Shown: positions 25,526 through 37,384, counted from the first letter of the stretch. The stretch: DNA of 44,767 nt from Octopus bimaculoides (GCF_001194135.2 NC_068999.1:5494598-5539364), one strand, 5' to 3'. The notes: generated from the letters alone by a model not told the origin. Translations and numbers: made by a program.

Positions 25526-26092
25526 CTTTCCGTATTCCCGAGCGTCATACTAATATATACTTTTGTTATTTACACCACCTGTCCTCGTCTGTTGTTATTA
25601 TTTGTATANNNNNNNNNNNNNNNNNNNNNNNNNNNNNNNNNNNNNNNNNNNNNNNNNNNNNNNNNNNNNNNNNNNNNNNNNNNNNNNNNNNNNNNNNNNN
25701 NNNNNNNNNNNNNNNNNNNNNNNNNNNNNNNNNNNNNNNNNNNNNNNNNNNNNNNNNNNNNNNNNNNNNNNNNNNNNNNNNNNNNNNNNNNNNNNNNNNN
25801 NNNNNNNNNNNNNNNNNNNATATATATATATATATATATATATATAAAGACAAAGAGAGGGAGGAAGAGGCCATTGTTTTTAAAATAAAAGCAAAAGGAC
25901 TTTTCTCCTTGGTACGAAAATGATGTAAGGTGGGTGAGATAAAAGAAGTCTATTTTATTAGTTACTGTGGACAATACAAAACTAGTTTCACATTTAATGT
26001 ACAAACTAAATAAATCAATTTAAATGATTGATACGGAAGACAGAGTGTACTGGAAGCTTTATTATGTACAATATTATATATCCATCATGGCT

Positions 26093-26177
26093 TATCAGAC
26101 CAATTGGTTTCGCACTAGGAATACAATAGAGTGTTAGGTAACAATCCGATTATATAACCTTACACTCATCAGAGTTA
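26093..26177 (-). ncRNA. Degenerate hammerhead motif on the ATP11 sense strand
   Basis: Minus strand CTGATGA-GTGT...GTGC-GAAA-CCAATTGG-TC. Cores intact and stem III is the palindrome ACCAATTGGT, but stem I pairs at only 3 of 6 positions and stem II is mostly G-U. Confidence 0.35.
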
Positions 26178-26462
26178 GCTGATATGGAAGGGAATATAAA
26201 TCTCAGTTGATTCAGGAGAAGCAATAAATTATAGAACTCAATATAAATATAGAGTATTCTTTAATATATTATAATCGAAAGGTTACGATTTTAAAGTACT
26301 CAAAGTTACTTGTTTCCGATTGTACTTGTTTCCAATCATCACCTGGTAAAGCGAGCATAATTTTCTTTTGAGTATCCATTCTTTGAATGTTTTTTTGCAA
26401 TATGAAATGAAAGCTTCGTTAGAGAATCAGACAAATCAAAGAATACATAAAATGGTATTTAC

Positions 26463-26521
26463 CCAGAAGGTTCCATTTTAAAAACTGTTTTCCAGACAAC
26501 AATTTGTTTTTGTAGTATTTT
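26463..26521 (-). CDS. ATP11: ATP11-like exon (before TM7)
   Basis: (R)KYYKNKLLSGKQFLKWNLL+G. cacag/gtaaat, 59 nt, phase 2/1. Matches the KNRLLSIKTFLYW segment of vertebrate ATP11 as I recall it. Confidence 0.92.
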
Positions 26522-26788
26522 CTGTGAAATGAATGAAAGGTGTTTATGAATATACATAGATAAATTTGTACATATAGACATACATGCATGGTTATAGGTA
26601 CAGGCATAGCTTATAAGAACAACTCTGAAAAAGAATATACAGGATGAGTGAAAAGCAATTCCCTATTTTAAAATACAGTAGTGCTTCAGTTTTCGAACAA
26701 CTCTGATCACAAATAAATTGTACTTTATCTCCTGTCTTTGTCATATTCATTTAATACAGTAGTACCTCAGTCTATGAACACCTCTGAG

Positions 26789-27332
26789 CATCAGATGTGG
26801 TGTACAAGAGAGACAACTGCGCTGGTATCATCATGTGTTGCGAATGGATGAGGACAGCTGTGTGAAAAAGTGTCACAGCCTAACAGTGGAGGGAACCTGT
26901 GGAAGAGGTAGACCCAGGAAGACCTGGGATGAGGTGGTGAAGTAAGACCTTCGAACATTGGGCTTCACTGAGGCAATGACTAGTGATCGAGACCTTTGGA
27001 GATATGTTGTGCTTGAGAAGACCCGACAAGCCAAGTGAGACCATAACCTGTGGCCTATGCCAGTGGTGTATAACCAGCCCACTTATGAATACCCTTCATT
27101 CATTGGACAATAAACTTTGCTTGTGAAGACCTGTTGAGGCAAGTGAAATCAAAATCGCTGACGTGGCTGATGACAGTCCTGCCTGATTGGCACTCGTGCC
27201 AGTGGAATGTTAAAAGCACCATGGGAGCGTGATTGTTGCCAGCATAGACTGGAACCTGGTGCAGCTCCCCGGCTTACCAATTTCAGCCAAACCATCCAAC
27301 CCATGCCAGCATGGAAAGTAGACGCTAAATGA
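26789..27332 (+). mobile_element. RTE-clade LINE, 5'-truncated 3' end
   Basis: Degenerate QERQLRWYHHVLRMDEDSCVKKCHSLTVEGTCGRGRPRKTW (RTE ORF C-terminus), then a 3' UTR ending catccaacccatgccagcatggaaag. Confidence 0.85.
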
Positions 27333-27512
27333 CTTTCAGGCCTTATGCACATAGTAGAAATAATTACTATCATCATCACCATTGTTAGCAGTATTATTAT
27401 AGGCTTGCATTGTTTGACGCCATTTTGATTCACCCATGAAAATATGTTTTATTTCAAGCATTTAATTTATGCTTTTGTAAACGTAATTGACAACAGGTGA
27501 GAACTTACTTAC

Positions 27513-27640
27513 CTGTAAATGGTGGGAATGGTGATCAGTTCTGTACAGTTGATGTCTTGCTCAAAGAGTCCATAGATGAAGATAGGTAATGAAGTGAATG
27601 TGATGTTGTAGAACATGAGAAGGAAGCTTTCAAATAATGA
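27513..27640 (-). CDS. ATP11: ATP11-like exon (TM6)
   Basis: SLFESFLLMFYNITFTSLPIFIYGLFEQDINCTELITIPTIY+AG. gccag/gtaagt, 128 nt, phase 0/2. Confidence 0.96.
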
Positions 27641-27787
27641 CTGGCAAAAATAAATAATAAACAAAAGTTTATATATGTGTATATATGTGTGTGTAAACTT
27701 AGCCATCGTGACAAAAGTATACTTTCAAAATTACCCATTCATATGACGGGTAACAGTCTGGTATGTATATTGATAACTAGAAGTGAA

Positions 27788-27841
<54 letters not shown>

Positions 27842-28240
27842 GAGTGAGAGAGCAGCGCATACCATCAAAGTGACACTGGGGTAAAATATACGAAGCCCAG
27901 TCATGACTACCCATCTGATAAGGGTACATCAGGTGCATACATCACAACCATATATGTGTGACATGGTGATCTTATATCAAGATAAACCGTACATGACCTT
28001 GCAGGTGAGCTGGCAGAATTGTTAGAATGCTGGGAAAAATGCTTAGTGGCATTTCGTCCATCTTTATGTTCAAATTCTGCCAAGGTCGACTTTGCCTTTC
28101 ATCCTTTTGGGGTTGATAAATTAAGTACCGGTGAGACACTGGAGTAGATATAATCAACTAGTCCCCTCCCCACAAAATTTCATAATTATTTTTTCATCAT
28201 TTGCGACTGTAAAGTCAATTACCTGGTACTTTCTATTCCC

Positions 28241-28273
<33 letters not shown>

Positions 28274-28559
28274 GCTAGCAGAACAAAATGCTTAGTGATA
28301 TCTTGATAACCCTTACATTCTGAATTCAAATGCCATTTAGGTTGACTTTGCCCGTCATCCTTTCGGAGTCAATAAAATAAGCACCAGTAAGATATTGAGG
28401 TTGATGTAATCACCTAGAGCTCTCTCCCTAAAATTTTAGGTCTTGTGTCTATAATAAAAAGGATTATTATTATTATTATTATTATTACCATTATTATTAT
28501 TATCACAAATAACAACATCCATGTAAGCAAAATATATTCACATTTAAGTATCCGGTGAG

Positions 28560-28770
28560 ATATATTTTTCTCTCAATGACTTAACAGCGCCAGTGAAGCA
28601 TGGACAACTAAATCAGGCACTGATAGCAATAAATGGTAGTTGGTTCCTGGGAATCTTTGGTCACATTCAACAGGGCATCCATTTTCGATGATTTCTAGGC
28701 ATTGATCTCATGATTGAGCTTGTTCCAGAGATTTACAACCAGATGAAATCAGAGGATTGCGCAGGTAATG
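28560..28770 (-). mobile_element. CR1/L2-like LINE 3' fragment
   Basis: Minus-strand translation FHLVVNLWNKLNHEINA* resembles the RVVNxWNxLP end of CR1/L2 reverse transcriptase ORFs. Degenerate. Confidence 0.45.
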
Positions 28771-28782
28771 ATGTTAGCTTAA

Positions 28783-28833
<51 letters not shown>

Positions 28834-28932
28834 GTCGTTATTATTGTTATCAGAAAAGGAACTGGGTGATTGAAAAGTGTGTCGTGTTTGAGAGAAAATG
28901 ATTTGAATGAAAATTGTGGAATAATATCTTAC

Positions 28933-28992
28933 CTGCTGAGAGAATGTATTGAAGTAGCCGTAATATATCTGTGTCGTGATGAATGCTATGTT
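28933..28992 (-). CDS. ATP11: ATP11-like exon (TM5)
   Basis: NIAFITTQIYYGYFNTFSQQ. cccag/gtaaga, 60 nt, phase 0/0. Confidence 0.94.
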
Positions 28993-29180
28993 CTGGGAGA
29001 TGGAACAAAAAAAACAAAGAACAAAAAAAAACAAAGAAAAAGAGATGTATATACATGCAAACATATCATATCATATATGTGTGTGTGTGTGTACGTACAT
29101 ATGTGTATGTGTGTCTATATATATATAGGTATATGTAAATATGTTTATGTATATATACATATATGTGTGTATGTGTCTAT

Positions 29181-29822
29181 CATCATCATCATCATCATCA
29201 TTGTTTAACGTCCACTTTCCATGCTAGCATGGGTTGGACGATTTGACTGAGGACTGGTGAAACCGGATGGCAACACCAGGCTCCAGTCTAATTTGGCAGA
29301 GTTTCTACAGCTGGATGCCCTTCCTAACGCCAACCACTCAGAGAGTGTAGTGGGTGCTTTTACGTGTCACCCGCACAAAAACGGCCACGCTCAANNNNNN
29401 NNNNNNNNNNTTTTATGTGCCACCCGCACAAGCCAGTCCAGGGGCACTGGCAACGATCTCGCTCGAAAATCCTACGGGAGCCAGTCAGGCAGTACTGGCA
29501 ACGGCCACGCTCAAAATGGTGCATCTCATGTGCCACCCGCACAAGAACCAGTCCAGGGGCACTGGCAACGATCTTACTTGGCTTGCCGGGTCTTCTCACG
29601 CACAGCACATTTCCAAAGGTCTCAGTCAGTAGTCATCGCCTCGGTGAGGCCCAATGTACGAAGGTCTTGCCTCACCACCTCAGCCCAGGTCTTCCTGGGC
29701 CTACCTCTTCCACGGGTTCCCTCAACTGTTAGGGTGTGGCACTTTTTCACGCAGCTATCCTCATCCATTCTCACCACATGTCCATACCAGCGCAATCGTC
29801 TCTCTTGCACACCACAACTGAT
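29181..29822 (-). mobile_element. RTE-clade LINE 3' end with (GAT)n tail
   Basis: ORF 29622-29810 MQERRLRWYGHVVRMDEDSCVKKCHTLTVEGTRGRGRPRKTWAEVVRQDL; 3' UTR with internal direct repeats; tail at 29181-29200. Confidence 0.9.
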
Positions 29823-30441
29823 GCTTCTTATATATATATATTGTCTATGTGTGTATATACATATACATACATACAGATATATACATATATATGAGAGAGA
29901 TATCTATACATACATATACAGACAGACACACATATTTATGTACATGTGTAAGACCACCACCACCACTAGCAACAACATTATCACCATTCATACTACCACC
30001 ACCATTGACATTTCATGTTCAGTTTCTATCCTTGCATAGCTTGGCTGGGTCACCATGATTCTAAACCAGTTATTTCACAGTAACTGTCCTTAAAGGTGAA
30101 GTGAAGGATCTTGTCTCACTAATATTTTTTTGCTTAAATTTTTCGCATGGTCTTTAATGGGTGGAATCCCTTTTCCAATACCAACCATTACACAGGCAAC
30201 CCCTGTATTTATATGTCAGGAGAAACAGATTCTTAAAAACACCAAATATTAAAAAGCCTCTCATCCTGATCATCAGGCTGCGATAGATAATCAAAAACAT
30301 TACCTCATGGACCAAATGCATGATAAGTTTCAGCACAGTTTCTACCCACCATCTACAAAGCAATGGTCAAACCAAGGATATGTTAGAAGACATTTTCTCA
30401 TGGTGCTGTTCAGTGGGAATGAACCTGGAATCACATGGTTC

Positions 30442-30780
30442 ATCATCATCATCATTTAACGTCCGCTTTCCATGCTAGCATGGGTTGGACAATTTGACTG
30501 AGGACTGGTGAACCAGATGGCTGCACCAGGCTCCAATCTGATCAGGCAGAGTTTCTACAGCTGGATGCCCTTCCTAATACTAACCACTCCGAGAGTGTAG
30601 TGGGTGCTTTTACGTGCCACCCGCATGAGGGCCAGTCTGGCGGTACTGGTAATGGCCACGCTTAAAATGGTGTATTTTACGTGCCACCTGCACAGGAGTC
30701 AGTCCAGCGGCACTGGTAATGACCTCGCTCGAATGTTTTGCTCACATGTCACTGGCACAAGTGCCAGTAAGGCCGTGAAA
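30442..30780 (-). mobile_element. RTE 3'-UTR fragment
   Basis: Near-identical to 29190-29360 (catcatttaacgtccgctttccatgctagcatgggttggac...). Confidence 0.85.
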
Positions 30781-30856
30781 CAAATTTCTTATCCACACTG
30801 CTATTCATACCCCACACCTCATACCATATAGATGAATAATATTAAATAATACAAAC

Positions 30857-31002
30857 CTTATAGAAAAAATACTGGACGAGGTTGGCCACCCGGACATAGT
30901 AGTAGTGGCCGTGTTTAAGTAGGGCTGGAATCAGGAATCGAAACTGAGAAAATGCGTAATCGCTGCACCGCACTGCTTGTCTGCCTTCTTTGCCAAACAA
31001 TC
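30857..31002 (-). CDS. ATP11: ATP11-like exon (into TM5)
   Basis: (G)[48 protein letters not shown]. ttccag/gtttgt, 146 nt, phase 1/0. Confidence 0.96.
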
Positions 31003-31427
31003 CTGGAAGACGAATGGGAAGAGGAGAGAATTTTATGGTGGAATGATAGAGAGGAATAGTGGGAGGAGATTTGTGAGGAAAGTGTATGGAAAGCGGGGGG
31101 GGGGAGGATGTTTGGGGTTATGGGGTGGGGGATAGACAGCGATGACAGAAAACAATGATAATAATAACAACAGGAACAAGAACAACAACTAATGCAGCAG
31201 CGACAGTAGCAGCAAGAACAACAACGACAACAACAAAAGCAACAAAAACAACAATAGACAACATAAACAACAATGACAGCAGCAGCAACAACAACAAACA
31301 ACAACAACTAATAAAGCAGCAATAACAACAACAACAAAAACAGCAACGATAACAAAAAAAAACAACTAATAAAGCTGCGACAACAACAACAACAACAACA
31401 TGAAGGAAGTGTTTGACTGAAACTTAC

Positions 31428-31530
31428 CAAGTCCCACATGAGCTTCTTGGATCATACTGACATCGTTAGCACCATCACCAATGGCAGCAGTTATGGGCCT
31501 TAATTTCGATGTCTTTATTAAATTTACTAT
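31428..31530 (-). CDS. ATP11: ATP11-like exon (GDGAND hinge)
   Basis: [34 protein letters not shown]+G. tgcag/gtaagt, 103 nt, phase 0/1. Confidence 0.97.
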
Positions 31531-31904
31531 CTGCAATGTCACAATAAAAAAGGGGCAAAAGGCATTCATTATATATTTACTCATGTATAAGTAAAACCCC
31601 TAATTTAGCATTAAATCTTGGTACAAAATTTTACCCCCTTATTGTTTTAGTTTTACCCCAATGGAGGCACATGGTTTAGTGGTTAGGGTGTCGGAGTCAT
31701 GATTCTAAGATTGTGGTTTCAATTCTTGGACTGGGCGTTGCATTGTGTTCTTGAGCAAAACCCTTCATTTCACGTTGCTCCAGTTCACTCAGCTGTAGAA
31801 ATGAGTTTAGCATGGAGAGGGATGGGCTCTGCCAGGCTTTCCTGCCCTAGATATGCTGCATAGCTGCAGCACCCTAACGGTCCCCAAGGGGTTAAGGGAC
31901 TTGT

Positions 31905-32135
31905 CAATTGGCAGAATCGTCAACTGGCAGAGTCGTTCGCATGCCGGATGAAATGCTTAGCGGTATTTCATCTACCATTCTGAGTTCAAATTCCGCTGAG
32001 GTCGACTTTGCCTTTCATCCTTTCAGGGTCGATTAAATAAGTACCAGTTATGCACTGGGGTTGATGTAATCAACTTAATCCCTTTGTCTATCCTTGTTTG
32101 TCCCCTCTATGTTTAGCCCCTTATGGGCAATAAAG
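31905..32135 (+). mobile_element. Third SINE family (ggcagaatcgttagcatgccgg...)
   Basis: gaaatgcttagcggtattt...ctgagttcaaattccgctgaggtcgactttgcctttcatcctttc. Other copies at about 2050-2150(-), 8775-9000(-), 27997-28185, 28270-28445 and 39560-39760. Confidence 0.85.
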
Positions 32136-32192
32136 AAATAAATATTGTCAACTGTTTCAGTTAAAAATCAAATCTAAAAACAGAGATATTTA

Positions 32193-32360
32193 TACATTAT
32201 TTACATTTGACGGATATTTGTCCTCATCTTGTTTGTTGTTAACACAACGTTTCGGCTGATATACCCTTCACCTGATGAAGGCTGGAGGGTATATCAACCG
32301 AAACATTGTGTTAACAACAAACAAGATGAGGACAAATATCCGTCAAATGTAAATAATGTA
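32193..32360. repeat. 75-bp inverted repeat of a Penelope-like fragment enclosing a decayed hammerhead core
   Basis: Arms 32193-32267 and 32286-32360 are reverse complements except at 2 positions; 18-nt loop. CTGATGA at 32272-32278 and GAAA at 32300-32303. Same family as 41466. Confidence 0.9.
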
Positions 32361-32654
32361 AATAATTCCTCATCTCTTAAATATAAAACTATAGAGCAAT
32401 TTATCATTGTCATCATTTAACATCCATTATATACATATTTAATCCATTATATATATATTTAATCTATTATACCATGTGGGCAGTGTCTGATGATTGTGCT
32501 GGGAGACCAGACATGCTATAAAACTATGTTTGGGATGTTCTCAGCACATGAAACTAATAGTAGCACATAAAAGCAGATATTGTGTTTATATATACATGCC
32601 AGCAGACCATAGAAATCTCTGGTGTTGCCAAAATATATATGTGAGATTCATTAC

Positions 32655-32808
32655 CGATGCTTTTTGCAGTGGAATCAGACGACAGCAGAGAACTGTTGAA
32701 CATTTCAGGCAGAGGGCGCACAGATCTTCCCTGTTGTGTTTCAGCAGGATGGTAAGTGTACAACCATCGACGATTAGAACATACCTGGAGCCATATGATA
32801 GTTTGTCA
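32655..32808 (-). CDS. ATP11: ATP11-like exon (P domain)
   Basis: (N)DKLSYGSRYVLIVDGCTLTILLKHNREDLCALCLKCSTVLCCRLIPLQKAS. ttccag/gtaatg, 154 nt, phase 2/0. Confidence 0.95.
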
Positions 32809-32920
32809 CTGGAAGATGAAGAGGAAAGAGTAAATCAGTGAACTGGTGAGGGATGGTGATAGGCTGAACAGGGACATGTTTCTCGTTATATACACACACT
32901 CATATATACACATACATATA

Positions 32921-33710
32921 CAGGGTGGGTAGAAAGTAACTAGGCATTAGATTGCTTATAGAATTTTTAGTATCAGTGAAGTTATGATGAAAACATTTTT
33001 TTTTAACAGACAACACTAATGGGGATTTTTTATTTTCATATTTTCATATTGTCTTATTTCTTATTTCTTGTTTTCCAGATGCCTGGTCACTTGACTGTTC
33101 AGGAGTGAGCTAAGATAGCAGCACGCTATGAAGTGTGGAATTCCATTGTTTTGGTTCAGAGATGGTGGCGTGCATGGAAAGGTAAGCACACAACACTACG
33201 TCCAGGGACAATAAAAAGTGGTCATGCAAAGCTGAAGACCACGGGCTCTGTGAATGATGCAAGAAGAAGTGGCCGTCCAACCACGTCCCGATCAGCAGAG
33301 AATATGGCAACAGTGCAGGAAATGTTTAATTGCAGCCTGCAAAAATCAACAGGTCAAGCAGCTCATGGAAACCCCATTACACGCAGGAGCTAAAACCTGA
33401 AGATTGTGACCACAGAAGTCTAGATCTCGCTCCATGTGATTTTTACTTGTGGGGTTACCCAAAAGAGGAGGTGTACAAAACGAAACCTCACACACTGGAG
33501 GACTTAGAGACACAGATTCAGGAGGTTCTCAATGATATCCCAGACGATGTCCTTCAGAAGGTTGTTCATTCCATGCCTGGCCGTTTGAGGAAATTTGTTG
33601 ACGGCACCAGTGCTTACGTTGAAACATGAAGATTTCAACGCGTATCATTTGTTTCAATAAATTTGTAAAAGGAATATGGATTTTATTACCAATTTTTACT
33701 ACTCACCCTA
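32921..33710 (+). mobile_element. Internally deleted Tc1/mariner element with both TIRs
   Basis: Left TIR cagggtgggtag; right TIR reverse complement tagggtgagtag. N-terminal piece MPGHLTVQE*AKIAARYEVWNSIVLVQRWWR...GSVNDARRSGRPTT joined to C-terminal piece DLAPCDFYLWGYPKEEVYKTKPHTLEDL; central catalytic region absent. Confidence 0.88.
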
Positions 33711-33743
33711 AATATATATATACGTATGTATGTATGTATATGT

Positions 33744-33905
33744 ATCATCATCATCGTTTAACATCCACTTTTCATACTGGCATGGGTAGGATGATTTGAC
33801 AGGAGCCAGCCAAGCAGAAGCCTGCACCAGACTTCTGTGACTGCTTTGGTAGGATTTTTACAGCTGGATGCTCTTCCTAACACCAATCACCCAGCAGAGT
33901 GGACT
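33744..33905 (-). mobile_element. RTE-tail-related short element
   Basis: catcatcgtttaacatccacttttcatactggcatggg...acagctggatgctcttcctaacaccaa. Confidence 0.75.
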
Positions 33906-34171
33906 ATGTATATATATGTATAGCACTGACCACTTCCCAGCCCCACACCATCATCCACACACCTACACGTACAATACTCAGAGTTTTATGGCAAGCCGTA
34001 GCTATGAGGTAATCCAATTTCCAGTCAGTAACCAATGCAGCAATAACCATGCATCAGCTGTTAGGTGAAACCATTACAGGACGCTATATATATTACACAC
34101 ACACACACACGTGTGCACAAACATTTAAACAACAAAACAAACCCCACCATACAGAAAGCAGTTATTCTTAC

Positions 34172-34341
34172 TTGACTATGTCTAGATGTTTCCTTAATTC
34201 TATTTGACAGTCTACGATATCTGAGCTGTTCAAGATATTGAAATTGGTGAGGCGAAGTTCAAAAGAACCTTCTTCAAAATGGCCAGCAGAATAACTTATA
34301 TTTACAGCAGTTTCCTCTTTATCTCCAGTCAGGACCCAGAT
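34172..34341 (-). CDS. ATP11: ATP11-like exon (TGD motif)
   Basis: IWVLTGDKEETAVNISYSAGHF...ELRKHLDIV+AA. gccag/gtaaga, 170 nt, phase 0/2. Confidence 0.96.
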
Positions 34342-34818
34342 CTGGCAACGAAAAAGAAGACAATACAGTGGAAAATAAATGGAATGGAAGAGCAGAAAAG
34401 GTGGATAGTAGGAGAGATGTACAAGTAAAAAAGAGACAGAGAGATGAAAGAGGTTAGAAAGAGAGAGTGAGAGCAATAAACATACACAGACACACAAACA
34501 TACATACACACACACACACACACATATATATATGACAGGCTTCTTTCAGTTTCCGTCTACCAAATCCACTCACAAGGCTTTAGTCGGCCCAAGGCTATAG
34601 TAGAAGACACTTGCCCANNNNNNNNNNTTAGTCGGCCCAAGGCTATAGTAGAAGACACTTGCCCAATGTGCCATGCAGTGGGAATGAACCTGGAACCATG
34701 TAGTTGGTAAGCAAGCTACTTACCACACAGCCACTCCTGTGTGTATATTGGTTATTGGAGCGGGATAGTTTTATTTTTTATGAATTAAGACTGGGCTGTC
34801 AGTTTTTTCACAAGATAC

Positions 34819-34851
<33 letters not shown>

Positions 34852-34940
34852 GTTCAAAATTACAGAAAACAAAAGACAAAGACAGGTGTAGGAACAACAA
34901 GCAGGTGTATTAGTTTAATGCTCAGGAAGGCTGGAAATGT

Positions 34941-34976
34941 CTTTTACATTTCAAGCCTATGCTCTTCAACAGAAAG
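34941..34976 (-). ncRNA. Third copy of the CUGUUGA hammerhead-like motif
   Basis: Minus strand CTTT-CTGTTGA-A-GAGC-ATAG-GCTT-GAAA-TGTA-AAAG, within a ~130-bp element shared with 22360-22490 and 25485-25605. Confidence 0.4.
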
Positions 34977-35071
34977 GATTAAGAGGGGAAAAAAATGGAG
35001 AGAGAAAAAAATGTGCAGAGTTCAACGGTCCAACATGACGAGATGACCATACACATACACACACACACATA

Positions 35072-35295
35072 CAGTAATCCCTTGCCATATCACAGTTCAC
35101 CTATCGCAGTTCTTTATTTAAGCTTACGTCGATTCCTCCGTTGTGTTGTTTTGCATTTATAATAAAATAAATATATACAAGTCATAAAAATAATCAAAAA
35201 AAATATACAGTACAGTACTGTTTCTACTTTGTGGATTTTCACTTATGGCAGGGGGGTTTGGGAATGTAACACCTGCGATATTCGAGGGGTTACTG
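35072..35295. mobile_element. pogo/Tigger-like MITE
   Basis: TIRs cagtaatcccttgccatatcacag and (reverse complement) cagtaacccctcgaaatatcgcag, TA on both flanks, 224 bp, non-coding. Confidence 0.75.
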
Positions 35296-35374
35296 TATAC
35301 ATATCACTAACCACATAAGCTTAACATATTTGCTTTGTGTATTTGTATGTGTAAAGTGCATATCTGCTACATAC

Positions 35375-35497
35375 TTTGATTCCTGCGTCTCTCAAGCACC
35401 GCATTGTCTCTGGAACACCATCCTGCAGTTTGTCCTCGACGCCAGTTGCTCCAAGAAGTATGAGATTATCCTCGACTTCATTGAAAACCTTGGAAAG
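35375..35497 (-). CDS. ATP11: ATP11-like exon ([10 protein letters not shown])
   Basis: [41 protein letters not shown]. ctccag/gtatgt, 123 nt, phase 0/0. Confidence 0.96.
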
Positions 35498-35819
35498 CTG
35501 GAGAAATAAAGAAAAGACAAAAAAAAAAAGGACAATATCAGAATTTTTTTATGGCCATCACCAAAACTGAGCCAGACATTAGTTACAAGGAGGGTGATCA
35601 TTTACAAGGGTTATGTGACTAGGGTGAAGGAAGAGGGGAAGGAAAGAAGGCCAGAAGGAAAGATGGAAGCAAGAATGGATGGAAAGAAAGAAAGGAAAAA
35701 TGGAAGGAGGGATGAAAGGAAAGAAGGACAGAAATAAAGAGAGACTTATATCCCGTATGGTAAGATGTTAACTTCCTAATCACATGATTCCATTCATACA
35801 TATGTCTGTATGTATGAAT

Positions 35820-36056
35820 ATAATATGTGCATGTGTATGTGTGTCTTTGTGTTCTTGTTTTTGTGTCCCACCACCGGTTGACTGGTGCTGGTTTGTTTAT
35901 GTCTCCATAACTTAGAAGTTTCGTATAAGAGATTGATAGAACAAGTACCAGGTAGGTATAAAATATAGAAAGTGCTTGGGTTGATCCATTTGATTAAAAC
36001 TCCTCGAGGTGGTGCCCCAGCATGGCCACAGTCCAAGGACTGAAGCAAGTAGAAAG
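35820..36056 (+). mobile_element. Tail half of the composite SINE
   Basis: tttgtgtcccaccaccggttgactgg...ggtggtgccccagcatggccacag...gactgaagcaagtagaaaga. Confidence 0.75.
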
Positions 36057-37384
36057 AAAAGTGTCATAAACACTCCACAACAATATGTATTGAATCCTTC
36101 ATTTGTTTGTTATTTGTGATTCGAGGGAGATTTCACAGCTATTTCTAGCAGGTCAATAACTACTTTTGGTACACACACCTGTGGCACAGGTGACAACATT
36201 GAAATGACAATGAATTCTTAAATTGGTGTCTAGTATGCTTGATGAGGTAAACGAAGAACATTTTAATTAAATAATTGTTTTATTAAAGATAAAAGAAAAG
36301 TGCTTAACAACTTGAAATTTAATTAAAATACTTCAAAAAATTTCATTTTTCTCCTAAATTTTAATTATGGAAAAAAAAAACCAATTAAAAACCCCATGAT
36401 AACTGAAATACCACAAACACAACTTTTTCCAAAATTATGGCCTACACGATGGGATGTGGGTGCATAGGGTTAGGTGGCTCAACCTGCTAGAAACATCAGC
36501 TAAATCACCCTCAAATTATTACATGCTACATACTACTGTCTTTTGAAAAGTAGCCAGGGAGAAGGACATGCTTCATGTGAGGTGATAATGTATTTGTTCA
36601 TTTACTGTGTATAACTTTTGACTCATTACATACACCTGTTTATATAATGTGCAATATTAGCATCAACCAGTCACCTAGTCCTTGAAACAGCTGTAAAAAC
36701 TTATCGTCAACTTCAGCTGTGAAGACCTTAACATTGTGTAGGATCTGAAGATATTGAGGGTTCCCTAGTGAAGGATATGAGATGTTATGACACAGCCGTT
36801 TTGTGATATCTACTTAGCATTTGTGATTTGATGCTGACTTATTTGACCTTAGACATTTTAATGTTTCCCTCATTCTCTCCTTTTCCACTTCTTTCCCTCC
36901 CCCCTGTGTCCAATTCTCTCCCTCCTTCTTTCTGTTTATGTGTACAAGCATATTTCTTCATGCCTATCATGTTGAATTAATAAATTGTAATACATCTCTC
37001 TCTCTCTCTCGCTTGCTCACACTCTCTCTTGCTTGCTCACACACTCTCTCGCTTGCTCACACTCTCTCTCGCTTGCTCACACACTCTCTCTCTTACTCCT
37101 TCTCTGTATCTGTATGTGTATACTTCTGCATGTGCATGCATGTGTGTGTGTTTGCCCCCAGTGCCAAACATTACTATCACCAAAACAGGTTGAATGTCCA
37201 GTCAGCCACGCCAAATTACCAGTGCCCAAAAGGCTGTACCCAACTGTCTTACTCCAACTAATGAAGATCCTCACATTGTGCAGTAATTAAAAGACTCAGA
37301 TGTCCATTAATGGCACTGAAACTGGTTGACATCAGATGTCACATGATGATGATGATGACGAAGATGATGATGATGATGTATATC

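Noticed and set aside
34578-34666. Apparent tandem duplication ttagtcggcccaaggctatagtagaagacacttgccca
   Set aside because: The two identical copies flank a 10-N gap, which is typical of unmerged overlapping contig ends.
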